Source: Bacteroidales bacterium (GTDB lineage: Bacteria > Bacteroidota > Bacteroidia > Bacteroidales > UBA932). Taken from it: DNA of 64,000 nt. Shown here piece after piece: positions 34,817 to 44,990 of this stretch. The stretch spans positions 1,894 through 65,893 of the forward strand of contig JAGCUV010000141.1 of the NCBI GenBank assembly GCA_017962705.1. Reading direction: 5' to 3'. Each line of letters opens with the position of its first letter. Positions within the stretch are counted from its first letter, which is position 1. Position numbers and translations under genes: made by a program. Below the pieces are notes generated by a model that did not search any database, was not told the DNA's origin, and saw nothing but the letters and a program-made list of their open reading frames with translations.

Positions 34817-37338
34817 TTCTTAGCTTCGTACACTTCCCCGGTATCCATATTGATGAATTTCCCATCCTTGTATTCGTAAGAACGATACCTTTCATCATAA
34901 TACAAATCGACCGTCTCATCATAGGTCAGACCGGGCGGAACAAGAATCTCTTCTTTCTCCGGCTCTTTGGACTTCTCCACAGCCGCCTTGGCCAAATCCT
35001 CGAAAATATCGAAATCCGTATCCGCAACCGCAATATACTTCGGGTCCTTCCGGAAACAACGCGTCAACGAGAAAAGCGCATCCTGCTGGTCGGTCTCCGA
35101 AGGAATCGTATTCCAGGACTGGTAATTCTTCTGATAGTATTTCTGGCAAATATACTGCGCCCGCAAATAATCGGTCAGCGGGTCTTCCTGCGGCATCTCT
35201 TCCAAATCCGCCTCCACGCTGGAAAAACGCCCCAATGCCAGATCCATCACGCATGCATTGCGCTTCGAGGTCGAACATATCACTCGGTAAATCTCATCCG
35301 AATCCTCTTTGTCATCCTGCCAGAATCCGGCCAGGCAACGCGTGATATAATAGAGCCGGTTGTAGTCCTCATTCGTCTCTCTCGGCAACATCACGACCAA
35401 CTCCGCCGCCCTTTCATAATACCCGGCCTTGAGCATCATCACCACCTGATTGGCGACTATCGGGGACGGATTGATATAATAATTGTCAAACTTGCGGTCG
35501 CACCAGAGCACGGTTCCATCCGCCCGTTGCAGATAATAATTCTCATCGATGTGCCTGGCCAGCAAGGTCGTATCCACCCGTCCTTGGGAGATAAGGAACT
35601 GGGCCAGCAGATTGTCGGGAAGCTGCCAGTTCTTATCGGCGTTGCGGGCCCGCCTGACCGCCCGGCGATAGATGATTTCCTGATCTTTCACATCCGGAAT
35701 ACGCCCCTGCGCAATCAAGTGGAAAAGCGTCCAGAATTCATAAATGGCAAACTCCTTCTTGCCGCTGTGAAAGTCCGGGTCATACCGGTATTTCGCCAGG
35801 ATTTCATCCGGCGTCAATTCGCGGAAGACATCATACTTGTACTCGACTTTGACGGAACGAAGACGGCCCAGGAGCGGCTTGATAACCGTCTGATAGGTGG
35901 GCAGGCGAAGAATCTGCGCTCCCTGCGCATCAGGATTATGTGGAAAACGGCGGGTTATTTTCCGGATGGAAGCCGCCTCAACGATATGGTTCATACTGTC
36001 AAGTACATCCGCCATATCGTCCCAGGAGGCCACTTTTGAGGAGACATAACTCCGGGCCTTGCTGCCCGGAATGACCGTACGGAGACGGGAAAGGATATAA
36101 TCCAGACGCTCCCGGGCCAGCGCCACATTTTTCTGGTACGCCCCTTCGGGCGAAGCCGTACCGGACACCCGGTACTCGTGCAGGGTCTGCCCTTCGGTCG
36201 TATGAATCAGGCGGAAGGTCTCCAGCAAGGAATCCAGTTGGGCGACCGTAGCCGAGTCCTTCAGGTCGAGCGTGGCTTTGCCCACCTGAAATTCAAGAGC
36301 CAGGTCCTGTGCCTCATCCATCCTTTGTTTGGTGGGCAGACGTTTGTATTGCGGAGCCTCCGGATCCAAAGAAAAGGTCCGCACATCATAATCCAGAAAA
36401 CGCATCGGCCGGCTGACGCGACGGGAGTCAGCCAGACGGACCGTATCGCGGAAATAGACTTGGTTGTAGTCTTCGAACCACAGGCTGCAATCAATCAGCA
36501 CACGCTGCTCCGGTGAGTCCATCACATACGCATCATCCCACGAAATGGTGGAAGTGGTATCTGAAAGAAAACCGCCCTGCCCCAGGGATTCACGGTAACG
36601 GCGCGTGGAATCGGCAAAAGAGATGAGCGGATCGCGCGTGAAGTCAAACCCCTTGCGGCGCAGCTGCGTCAAATGATATTCTTCTCCATCCAAGACGATG
36701 GGATAATGATATTCACTCGTATCCTTTTGACGCTGGGGGTTGAGATCCAGCACATAGGTCTGTACGGCAAAACGGGCGGTCGACCGTCCCAGCCGGGGCT
36801 CCTTGAAAGGATAGACCAGGCCGCAATTGAGCGTATTGCCCACGACCGTCGGCTTCTTGGGGACCGGCCGGGTCGTCTTGACCGACACATAGGTTGCTTC
36901 CAGCAAAATGGAAAGGTCGAAAGAATGATTGATTTCACTCTTCCCCTGCACCCGCTTGATAACAGCGCTCACATCAGCACTGGGGTAACAGAACAGCAAG
37001 GCCCCATCGCGCGGAAGCGACATCGCATCATACTGACCGGTCGCCACGTCGACATACGACTCCACACAATAACCGGGATCGAAAGCCTCATCCTTTTTTC
37101 CCTTCTGCACATACTGCTCCCATCTTTTCAGTGCATCCCGTGCCAGCTCGTAAGAACTGTATCCATACACGCGCATCAGGGGTTCTCCGATGACCTTTCC
37201 ATCCTTCCGGTTGGTCACCTTACCCGTAACGCTGATGAATTCCTGCGCCGGGAGCAGGACATATGCACCCTGCCAGAGGACCGTCAGGAAGACCATCCGC
37301 AGCAGAACGGGGAATATGCGCCGGGAGCAGGACATCAT
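34813..37338 (-). CDS. Large exported protein with OmpA-like peptidoglycan-binding domain and helical/TPR-like C-terminus (pilus-associated)
   Basis: Signal peptide, ISVTGKVTN N-domain, LEFQVGKATLD...SGTASPEGAYQKNVALARER; ATGA overlaps on both sides. Confidence 0.6.
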   Translation of the reverse strand: MMSCSRRIFPVLLRMVFLTVLWQGAYVLLPAQEFISVTGKVTNRKDGKVIGEPLMRVYGYSSYELARDALKRWEQYVQKGKKDEAFDPGYCVESYVDVATGQYDAMSLPRDGALLFCYPSADVSAVIKRVQGKSEINHSFDLSILLEATYVSVKTTRPVPKKPTVVGNTLNCGLVYPFKEPRLGRSTARFAVQTYVLDLNPQRQKDTSEYHYPIVLDGEEYHLTQLRRKGFDFTRDPLISFADSTRRYRESLGQGGFLSDTTSTISWDDAYVMDSPEQRVLIDCSLWFEDYNQVYFRDTVRLADSRRVSRPMRFLDYDVRTFSLDPEAPQYKRLPTKQRMDEAQDLALEFQVGKATLDLKDSATVAQLDSLLETFRLIHTTEGQTLHEYRVSGTASPEGAYQKNVALARERLDYILSRLRTVIPGSKARSYVSSKVASWDDMADVLDSMNHIVEAASIRKITRRFPHNPDAQGAQILRLPTYQTVIKPLLGRLRSVKVEYKYDVFRELTPDEILAKYRYDPDFHSGKKEFAIYEFWTLFHLIAQGRIPDVKDQEIIYRRAVRRARNADKNWQLPDNLLAQFLISQGRVDTTLLARHIDENYYLQRADGTVLWCDRKFDNYYINPSPIVANQVVMMLKAGYYERAAELVVMLPRETNEDYNRLYYITRCLAGFWQDDKEDSDEIYRVICSTSKRNACVMDLALGRFSSVEADLEEMPQEDPLTDYLRAQYICQKYYQKNYQSWNTIPSETDQQDALFSLTRCFRKDPKYIAVADTDFDIFEDLAKAAVEKSKEPEKEEILVPPGLTYDETVDLYYDERYRSYEYKDGKFINMDTGEVYEAKK

Positions 37339-37913
37339 CGGATGATATATACAAAAGCTATGGACAATTTCATCGGGAAGAATTTGAAGCCCCAAGTGTT
37401 GGGCTTGGAGACTTCATCCGCATAATAATCCTCGTACCGGTCGCCGGCGTGATAGTATTTCTGACGGAAAGCCATCAGTCCCGTCCCCGCCGTCAGATCC
37501 AGGCTCCACCTTTCTCCCAAAATGAACGAATAACCGCCAATCACGCCCAGGCCGATAGCCGTCCCCGCATACACGCGCGCGGTGAAGTTCATATCGTAAC
37601 TGGCCCCCACAAGGGTGGCACCGATGTATTCACGCGTCAGCGGACGGCCGTTGAACCAATAGCGGAACTCCCCTTGAAGTCCCCACATTTTGGAATTGAC
37701 TCCATAGGGTTTGTAGTGTCCGAAGGCGGAAAAAAGCAGACTGGTTCGCTCACCGGTAATGACATCGACACCCAGTTCCGGTGTCAGCAAAGCCCAGGAG
37801 AGGGCATTCGCGCGAATGGCGACCTGCTGCGCTGCTGCCTTGTGAGAAGGCAGCAGGCATAGCAAGATCACAATCAAATAGACGGCAAGCCGCCTGCGCG
37901 CACCGGAAGCCAT
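37335..37913 (-). CDS. DUF3575 domain outer-membrane protein
   Basis: AIRANALSWALLTPELGVD, QGEFRYWF..YIG, GYSFILGERWSLDL. Confidence 0.85.
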   Translation of the reverse strand: MASGARRRLAVYLIVILLCLLPSHKAAAQQVAIRANALSWALLTPELGVDVITGERTSLLFSAFGHYKPYGVNSKMWGLQGEFRYWFNGRPLTREYIGATLVGASYDMNFTARVYAGTAIGLGVIGGYSFILGERWSLDLTAGTGLMAFRQKYYHAGDRYEDYYADEVSKPNTWGFKFFPMKLSIAFVYIIR

Positions 37914-37915
37914 CG

Positions 37916-39088
37916 TCAACCCAGATTGGCAATCAGCGCTTCCTCTTCGCTGAGATTCTCCGCGGGCTCCCAGGGTTGGAGTTCCACATTGATGATGACA
38001 GATTCCAGCGATTTCACCACAATGCGGAAAGTATAGGACTTCCCGGCGATGAAACCGCCCGTGAGTGAGACTTTGTACGGCTCCGCAGGGGTATAAGTCC
38101 CTACGGGCGTATTCAGGGTAAAACTGACAAAGATATCGTCCGTCGTCGGTACGATGAACAGCCCTTGTCCGTACTCTACACCCGCCACCGTCGGAATCAG
38201 AGAACCACCGTTGATAGTCAGGGTTTCGGCAGATCCTTCCACCGGCGTGAGCGTTCCCGTCAACACGTCCAGCGTGGCCCGGGTGGGCAGGCTGGAGACC
38301 TGCAAGTCAGAAACGGTAACCAGGGTGTCACCGGCGGCGTCCACAAAGGAGGCCTCGGCTTCTGCATCCGCAGCGAACAACTTGAAGTGCAAGGCCGCTG
38401 TCAGGTGATTGAAGCGCAAGGTCGGCATATAACTCATCCACGCGGAAGGATACCATTTACGGGCGGTACGGGAGAAATCGGAGTTGAAGCCCAGCGTCCA
38501 GGCGGTACCCTCCGGATGATAGAGGGTATCGCAATAGGCCGCAGCCCAAAGGATATCCGTCGTATCAATCCGCACCGTTTTCGTAAAACGAGTCCCGTCG
38601 AAGTCCAGGTCAAAGACCGCCGCATCATCCTGCAAGCGCTCATCGCTCGTGCGGTAGCCGAAGAAAGCGTAACGGCGATCCTCGACATCAGGATCATTGT
38701 CCGCAAAGGTCTCCAGCGGATAATAATAGTCGACAGGTACGACATCCGCGCCCGCACGCTCGATGAAAGAGGCCTGTCCGTTATGGGCATACGCCGCCTT
38801 CCCGCGTAGCAATATCTGCCAGTCGTCGTTGTCAGCCCAGCCCTCACGCGCTGCCTCCCCTACATCAACGGCCAAAACACCGAACTGCACATCCTCGATA
38901 TCCTCAATCGCGGCCTTGGTCCCGAAAGACGCGCCGCCCATATTGAACAGGATGGGAACCTTCCTGGTCGGATCAGTCGCCCAGGGTGCGTCCGCAAAAT
39001 CATCCACCCAGGGTTGGAGCGGCGATTTTGCGCATCCCGCCATAAGGACACACAACAAAATGACCGAAAATTTTAAATCTGTTCTCAT
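37916..39088 (-). CDS. Type V pilin (fimbrillin) lipoprotein
   Basis: Lipobox MAGC; propeptide site TK|AA; DILWA; PTLRFNHL; C-terminal AGKSYTF...QPW. Confidence 0.75.
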   Translation of the reverse strand: MRTDLKFSVILLCVLMAGCAKSPLQPWVDDFADAPWATDPTRKVPILFNMGGASFGTKAAIEDIEDVQFGVLAVDVGEAAREGWADNDDWQILLRGKAAYAHNGQASFIERAGADVVPVDYYYPLETFADNDPDVEDRRYAFFGYRTSDERLQDDAAVFDLDFDGTRFTKTVRIDTTDILWAAAYCDTLYHPEGTAWTLGFNSDFSRTARKWYPSAWMSYMPTLRFNHLTAALHFKLFAADAEAEASFVDAAGDTLVTVSDLQVSSLPTRATLDVLTGTLTPVEGSAETLTINGGSLIPTVAGVEYGQGLFIVPTTDDIFVSFTLNTPVGTYTPAEPYKVSLTGGFIAGKSYTFRIVVKSLESVIINVELQPWEPAENLSEEEALIANLG

Positions 39089-39091
39089 CTT

Positions 39092-40204
39092 TTAGTCTTC
39101 ATCTTGTCCGATATCGATAGGATCGGTATCCGTATCCCATTCGGTAAGCGAGACGTTAATCTTGATTTCCTCAATATCATACACTGTGATGGTGATGACA
39201 TAGCTCTTGCCGGCGATGGCACCACCTTCGATGTCGAAGAACATATTGTTGAGCTGCGAGGTCTTGTCGTTGGCCAAATCAACCTTGATATTGTATCGCT
39301 CGCGACCGGGGAACACCATCACGCTTTCGCCAAGGGTCTGCGCATCGAGTCCTTCGACCAAGGTCTGGGAAAGGGCCTGTCCGCGATTGGTCAGGTTGAG
39401 GAACACCAAAGCATCATCGTCGGCAACGGCCAGCCCGCGATCTTCTCCGACTATCGTCAGCAAGCCATTGCTATAGGAATCAACGGCCAGCGAGTTGACA
39501 TAAACGGCCCCCGGCTGCGCCTCGCCGTTCACCGTACCTTTGCGCACTTTGAAGATAAAGCGGGACAGCTGGTGGGCGAATTTGAGGTCGGGAATGATGC
39601 CCTTGCGAACGCCGTAAGCGCTGTAAAGCTTATTGGGGTTGATACTGGTTCCTTCAACGGCGGCAACACGGTCGGCATAAGCCAGCATCACATCCTGGGT
39701 GCCGTTGATTTGCACGGGCAGGGTGATGGTCCCTTCGTCCGTATCCAACTCAGGGTCCTCCTGGCCCTCAACGAAGGCGTCGTCAATATAAAAGCCAAAG
39801 AAATCATAGCAGCCGCTGTTGTCGTAGTAGAAAGGCACTTTCTCCAGTTCCGTGGAAAGAGCCGGGTCCCACACCTCGATTTCACCGCTCTCGACGCCAT
39901 CAGGCGCGGAGGCCACCACATTGTTGATCTGGATACCTTCGACCAGGTCCAGATTATTGTCGGCGTCGCGCTTGATGCCGTAGATATGGAGTCCCATCGT
40001 ATCTGCCCAGGTGTCGATGGAGCCGGAGCCTTTGACCTTGGCTTTGGTCGCAAGCACATTGGAAGAGAAGGTAATCGGGTACAAATCGGTCTCAGCGAAG
40101 ACCTCGTCGGGATCGACGGATTGGGCCTCCGTTACAATGGGAGACTTGCTGCAGGAAGAGAGCGCGATCAGCGCGGCAGCTGCAAGAATAAAATACTTTT
40201 TCAT
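39092..40204 (-). CDS. Type V pilin (fimbrillin) lipoprotein
   Basis: Lipobox LSSC; TK|A; NGTQDVMLAYADR; PDLKFAHQLSRF; AGKSYVI...TEW plus acidic tail. Confidence 0.8.
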   Translation of the reverse strand: MKKYFILAAAALIALSSCSKSPIVTEAQSVDPDEVFAETDLYPITFSSNVLATKAKVKGSGSIDTWADTMGLHIYGIKRDADNNLDLVEGIQINNVVASAPDGVESGEIEVWDPALSTELEKVPFYYDNSGCYDFFGFYIDDAFVEGQEDPELDTDEGTITLPVQINGTQDVMLAYADRVAAVEGTSINPNKLYSAYGVRKGIIPDLKFAHQLSRFIFKVRKGTVNGEAQPGAVYVNSLAVDSYSNGLLTIVGEDRGLAVADDDALVFLNLTNRGQALSQTLVEGLDAQTLGESVMVFPGRERYNIKVDLANDKTSQLNNMFFDIEGGAIAGKSYVITITVYDIEEIKINVSLTEWDTDTDPIDIGQDED

Positions 40205-40238
40205 ATTACTGAATGAATGATTGATTAATTTACTTTAT

Positions 40239-41453
40239 TTAGTTGCCGGAACCTTCGCCGGTTTCTTCGCCGGTTCCTTCACCGCTCTGGATGTCATCCT
40301 CATCGGCATCAGGATCCATCACGATCTGGCCACCCTCTTTCCATTCCTCAAGGGAAACCAGGATTTCCACGCGACGGAACGAGTAAACGACCAGGGTAAT
40401 ATTGTACTTATAGCCGGGCATAGCCTGGGTGTGTTTTTCCTGGGAGCCGGATACTTTCAACTTGGAAAAGTCAATGGTCATCTTCTGGGGCTGTGCGCTG
40501 GGAGCGGAAGCGCCATCCTGGTAAAGGGACAACTCCATCTCATAAGCAGCCTGTCCCGGCATCACCATCAAACTGCCGATAAAGGCAGGATCGCTGTCTT
40601 TTGCAGGAGCGGGAACGGGAGCCGTTCCGGCAATCGGAACCAGAAGGTTTTCCGGGGCGGCGATATTACGCAGGCCATCATAAATGTGCTGTCCTGCCAC
40701 GACGACATCGGCTTCCGTATGGGAGGTAACGGAAACACCGGACACCTTGATAACTCCCTCGGCTCCATCCTCACCGCTGATTACGGAAAAATCAAAGCGG
40801 GAAAGTTTGTGCTTGAAAATCATCTTCGGAGTCGCATTCCATTTACGGATGGCATAGGCACTGTACAGACGGTTTTTGTTGGTAATGGACGGATTCTCGC
40901 TCACGGCAAGGTCCCTGTCAGCATAGCCGACCATAATGTCCTGCGTACCGTCAATCTTGACGGGCAAGATGATGGTGTTGTCAGCAAAATTGACAACCGG
41001 CGTCTCGCTGCCGGCGACGAAAGCATCGTCAACATAGTAGCCAAAGAACTCATAATTGCCGTCACCATAATAATAAGGCTCGGAACCACCGCCCTCAAGC
41101 GTGCGGTACAGGGTAATCGTTCCCTCCGTAACGGGATTGTCCAGATCCGTCGTGCTGGGAGCGTTCGCCATGACATTGTCAATAAACAGATTGTCCAGAT
41201 CAAGGCTGTCACGTCCGTTTTGGTCTTTGAAGCGCTCAATACCATAGAAGTACAAATCTTCGGCAGACCAGAAATTCAGCGCTCCCGCGCCTTTGGTGGC
41301 GACACGGCCAAAGTTGGATGCAAACCGCACGGGGACGGCAGATTCCAGTTCGAAACCGCCTTCCTGAAGGGAAGAGACGGCCTCGGGGGCTTGTTTGCTG
41401 CAGGCGGTCGTCAACACGACGGCGGCAACTGCGGAAAGAAGTAATTTCTTCAT
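40239..41453 (-). CDS. Type V pilin (fimbrillin) lipoprotein
   Basis: Lipobox TTAC; TK|G; DGTQDIMVGYADR; PKMIFKHKLSRF; PGYKYNI...EEW. Confidence 0.8.
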   Translation of the reverse strand: MKKLLLSAVAAVVLTTACSKQAPEAVSSLQEGGFELESAVPVRFASNFGRVATKGAGALNFWSAEDLYFYGIERFKDQNGRDSLDLDNLFIDNVMANAPSTTDLDNPVTEGTITLYRTLEGGGSEPYYYGDGNYEFFGYYVDDAFVAGSETPVVNFADNTIILPVKIDGTQDIMVGYADRDLAVSENPSITNKNRLYSAYAIRKWNATPKMIFKHKLSRFDFSVISGEDGAEGVIKVSGVSVTSHTEADVVVAGQHIYDGLRNIAAPENLLVPIAGTAPVPAPAKDSDPAFIGSLMVMPGQAAYEMELSLYQDGASAPSAQPQKMTIDFSKLKVSGSQEKHTQAMPGYKYNITLVVYSFRRVEILVSLEEWKEGGQIVMDPDADEDDIQSGEGTGEETGEGSGN

Positions 41454-41510
41454 AAAAATGTGTGTTAAATGGTTAATAATATTTAATATTCTATTCATTC
41501 ATAGCTTTGG

Positions 41511-42713
41511 CTACTCAGGCCATTCGTCGGGGTCGATGTTGAACGAACCGTAGTTATCTTCCCATGGAGCCATCGTCGCCTCTATCTCAACGGGCTCGAG
41601 TCCGTACACTTTCATCGTCACATTGTACTTGTGCCCGCCTACCGCCTTATCGTCGGTGGGCAGTCCGTCTGCGGATGGCATTATCTCATTAAACTTGATT
41701 TTCACATACTGGGAGACCACCCCGCCGTTGAGGGAATAGCCGGCCTGCTTGATTTTCAATTCCACCACATAGACGTCTTCTCCGGGCATCACCAGAATCG
41801 AACCGAAATTTCTTCCATCCAACGTGAGCGCGCCGGAAGCACCCTGGACGGTCAGAGCCACCGAATCCTGCGGGGTGTCCGGGAAAATGCCCCGGGGATG
41901 AGCAAGGGTGTCGTTGCTGGCGATTACCAACGTGCCGCTGGTTTTGGAAAAGACTTTCAGCGACTGGACCGTCACACTGGTTGCCGCCAAGGAAGTGCCG
42001 GCTTTCAAGATAAAGTCAAAACACGCGAGCTGATGTTTGAAAATCAGATTGGGTTTGATGCCACGCCGCGCTGCATACGCGCCATACACCCGGCTGGTAT
42101 CCACCCGCTGGGTACCCTTCTCCTCATCAGCCACACGGTTGGTATGCGCCAGCATAATATCCTGCGTGCCGCCTTTCTTATTGATGGCTTCATTGTCGCC
42201 AATGTCCACCTTCAGGGAAATGGTGTTGGAGTTTTCTTCGGGCTGGGGAGTCGTCACCTCCGTATCCGAAGCAAGAAGGTGGGCATTATCCACATAATAG
42301 GCATAAAAACTGTAATAATAAGGAGTCTCCCGGTAATAGAAATACTCACCCGGAATACGATAGACATTGATATCGCCGTGGGTGACATTCCCGGAGGGGG
42401 ACTTCGCCATTACATTATGAATCAGATAGGCGTTGGGGTCGCCATCCGCATAAGGGTCCTCACCCTCAGGAAGCACATACTTCCCATTCAGACGACGGAG
42501 ACCGTAAATATACAGATCCTCATTGCCGCTCCATTTATCCAATGCGGCGCGTGTCCGCGTGGAGACGGAGGACTGCAAGCTCGATCCGAACAACACGGGC
42601 ACGGCCTTGCTTTCATCCACTGTCAGCTGCGAGATGCCCTCGCTTTTTTTGCAAGCGCTCCACGACAGCAGAACCGCGGAGGCCATCAACAAAAATACAA
42701 TCGTTTTCTTCAT
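41511..42713 (-). CDS. Type V pilin (fimbrillin) lipoprotein
   Basis: Lipobox WSAC; TR|A; GTQDIMLA; PNLIFKHQL; GHKYNV...APW. Confidence 0.8.
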   Translation of the reverse strand: MKKTIVFLLMASAVLLSWSACKKSEGISQLTVDESKAVPVLFGSSLQSSVSTRTRAALDKWSGNEDLYIYGLRRLNGKYVLPEGEDPYADGDPNAYLIHNVMAKSPSGNVTHGDINVYRIPGEYFYYRETPYYYSFYAYYVDNAHLLASDTEVTTPQPEENSNTISLKVDIGDNEAINKKGGTQDIMLAHTNRVADEEKGTQRVDTSRVYGAYAARRGIKPNLIFKHQLACFDFILKAGTSLAATSVTVQSLKVFSKTSGTLVIASNDTLAHPRGIFPDTPQDSVALTVQGASGALTLDGRNFGSILVMPGEDVYVVELKIKQAGYSLNGGVVSQYVKIKFNEIMPSADGLPTDDKAVGGHKYNVTMKVYGLEPVEIEATMAPWEDNYGSFNIDPDEWPE

Positions 42714-42728
42714 ATCAAAAAATTTTTA

Positions 42729-43850
42729 TCAAATATCAGAATTAATATCAAACGCCCCATATCCGGACACCCAAGGATACATTTCCGCCGTCACTGGCTC
42801 CACGCTTTGCGGACCGAATATGGAAAGCTTTATGTCATACCACATACCCGGCTTGAAAACCAAGCCATATTTACTCATATCCACCGTCACGTTGGTCGTA
42901 TCCTCACCCTCCTTTCCTTCCTGTTTGAGCGTGAAAAAGACAACGCATTGGGTGTCGCCGGGCACAATCATACAATCTCCCAAATCCCGGAAATCGTCGG
43001 TGGGAAGCGCGGACTGCGCGAACGGGACCGGACTCTCCACCTTCAGGGGGCCGGGCGCATCCTCGGGGTCAATCTCCAAAGAGGGGGTCGAGCCCGGGTT
43101 GGGACGAACGGCCACCAGGCGGGCTGTATTGCGGGCACTGACGCTGACATTCCGCACCCACAATCCGGGTGAAACGGCCTTCGCCTTGATGGACAGACGG
43201 GAAAGCACGTGCGAAAAATGTAAAGTGGGGTAGACGTTCTCGCGGGCTGAATGGGAACTGTATGCCTCATCCGGAGAAATGACCTCACTCCGACGGCTGT
43301 CCGCTTCCCGGTCGGCATAAGCCGCCATAACGTCCTGTGTACCATCCACTGTTATCTTGAAGGCAAGCGTCATGTCCTGCGAATTAATATATTTCTCTGC
43401 AATTCTATGCAGGGAGTGCCCGCTTTCCGAATAGGTCTCATATAAATCAGAAGGATAGGAGGCCCCGGCCAGGCAGCAGGAGAAGAAATCCAGCGTACCT
43501 TGCGAAGGATAGAAATAGGAATTGTCCGTGAGTTCGTTAGTCAAGGAAATATAACCCGCAGACCCGGCGGAGGGCGCCTGTGTCTTCGCCCCGTCAATGA
43601 AACGGCCGCTTCGGCCCAGGTCCAGGACTCCGTTCCGGCGGTAAATGCCGAAAACCATCAATTCCTGACCCGACCAGGTATCAATCACCGATTTGGGAGA
43701 ATCCCGTTCTTCCTGCCGGATGTTCATCGAGGTTTGGAACAAGATGGGCACCGGCTCGTCGGTCACAGCAGACACATCCCCCCCTCTCTCCTTCGCGCAG
43801 GAGAGCAACAGCAGCGACAACGCCATAGATATGAGCAAGCGATATTTCAC
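42729..43850 (-). CDS. Type V pilin (fimbrillin) lipoprotein
   Basis: Lipobox LLSC; DGTQDVMAAYADR; PTLHFSHVLSRL; PGMWYDI...YPW. Confidence 0.78.
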   Translation of the reverse strand: MKYRLLISMALSLLLLSCAKERGGDVSAVTDEPVPILFQTSMNIRQEERDSPKSVIDTWSGQELMVFGIYRRNGVLDLGRSGRFIDGAKTQAPSAGSAGYISLTNELTDNSYFYPSQGTLDFFSCCLAGASYPSDLYETYSESGHSLHRIAEKYINSQDMTLAFKITVDGTQDVMAAYADREADSRRSEVISPDEAYSSHSARENVYPTLHFSHVLSRLSIKAKAVSPGLWVRNVSVSARNTARLVAVRPNPGSTPSLEIDPEDAPGPLKVESPVPFAQSALPTDDFRDLGDCMIVPGDTQCVVFFTLKQEGKEGEDTTNVTVDMSKYGLVFKPGMWYDIKLSIFGPQSVEPVTAEMYPWVSGYGAFDINSDI

Positions 43851-43853
43851 CTC

Positions 43854-44990
43854 CTACCAGTCATTGTCAAAATCAAGGGATTGTCCTACATATTTATCCC
43901 ATTCTTCTATTTCCACATACACAGAAATCTGATTGCGTCCGAAAAGTTCAAAGGTAACCACATACGCATTCCCCGCTTTGAACGGTTCGCCTGAAGAGAA
44001 ACTCAAATGGGATTTCACTTTATCAGTCGGAGGCAAAGTCGTCGTCAGGTCATTCACCTGAAACAAGCATTCATAGCTTTGTGCCGGCGGAACCAGCAAA
44101 TAGGCGTTGTCACCTCCCAGTTTCACGATTTTATCCGGGTTCATCTGGCTCTCGTCCGGAAGAGTCTCCAAAAACTGTTGCTTAAAATAGACATACCGCC
44201 CCTCTTCTTTTCCGGTGATCAGCGGTATGGATAGAGGCGTTCCTGAAGAGAAATCCGCCGTCAACTCTCCATTGCGGGAAGCGACGGTCAAGTATCCCCG
44301 GATAGAGGTCTCCAACTCAAAATCCGAAACCTGAAGGCGCTTCTCCACGCCCGCCGTAATACCGGGCTTGAGTTGGAAGCGCAACTTGACCATCTGGTGC
44401 TGCATTTTGAAAACCGGGTTCACGTCGGTTCGGGCGGCCATATAACTGAAATTGTAACCGGCCGGAGCCTGGGCCCGGCTGGTCATCAGATCCTGCCAGC
44501 CCTCGATGCGCAATTCGTACCGCACCTGGTCCGCCGTCCGCTGGATGCTCAAGGGCACGAGGTCATCAAGGAAGCAAGCGGTAAAATTGTAAGTATGGTA
44601 ATAGTCTTCATTGTTGGGATAATAATACTGGGACACGCTTTCCCAATTCACCTGGCTACCGGACAGAGTGCCCACCGCACCGTTCAGCAAGAAATCGGGG
44701 GCCTCCTTCGTGCCACCCTCCCGGTCATAGCGCACTCCTTCACGGGTATTCATTGCAAACACGCGTATGCTTTTCCCGTTCAACTGCGCCAGCCGGTCCG
44801 CCGTTCCCATTCCAGAACGGACATCGACACCGGCGCTCGGATTGCCCACAAACACATGGATGGGCTGGGGGATGCTCAAATCATAATGCGAATCTTCATA
44901 GCCCAAATAGGGATGGCAGCCCGAAGCCATCGTCAAAACGGCCGCGAGCGCCAGGCTCCTTACCATCGATATGAAGGACCACCTATTCAT
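43854..44990 (-). CDS. Type V pilin (fimbrillin) lipoprotein
   Basis: Lipobox ASGC; GWQDLM; PVFKMQHQM; AGNAYVV...EEW. Confidence 0.72.
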   Translation of the reverse strand: MNRWSFISMVRSLALAAVLTMASGCHPYLGYEDSHYDLSIPQPIHVFVGNPSAGVDVRSGMGTADRLAQLNGKSIRVFAMNTREGVRYDREGGTKEAPDFLLNGAVGTLSGSQVNWESVSQYYYPNNEDYYHTYNFTACFLDDLVPLSIQRTADQVRYELRIEGWQDLMTSRAQAPAGYNFSYMAARTDVNPVFKMQHQMVKLRFQLKPGITAGVEKRLQVSDFELETSIRGYLTVASRNGELTADFSSGTPLSIPLITGKEEGRYVYFKQQFLETLPDESQMNPDKIVKLGGDNAYLLVPPAQSYECLFQVNDLTTTLPPTDKVKSHLSFSSGEPFKAGNAYVVTFELFGRNQISVYVEIEEWDKYVGQSLDFDNDW

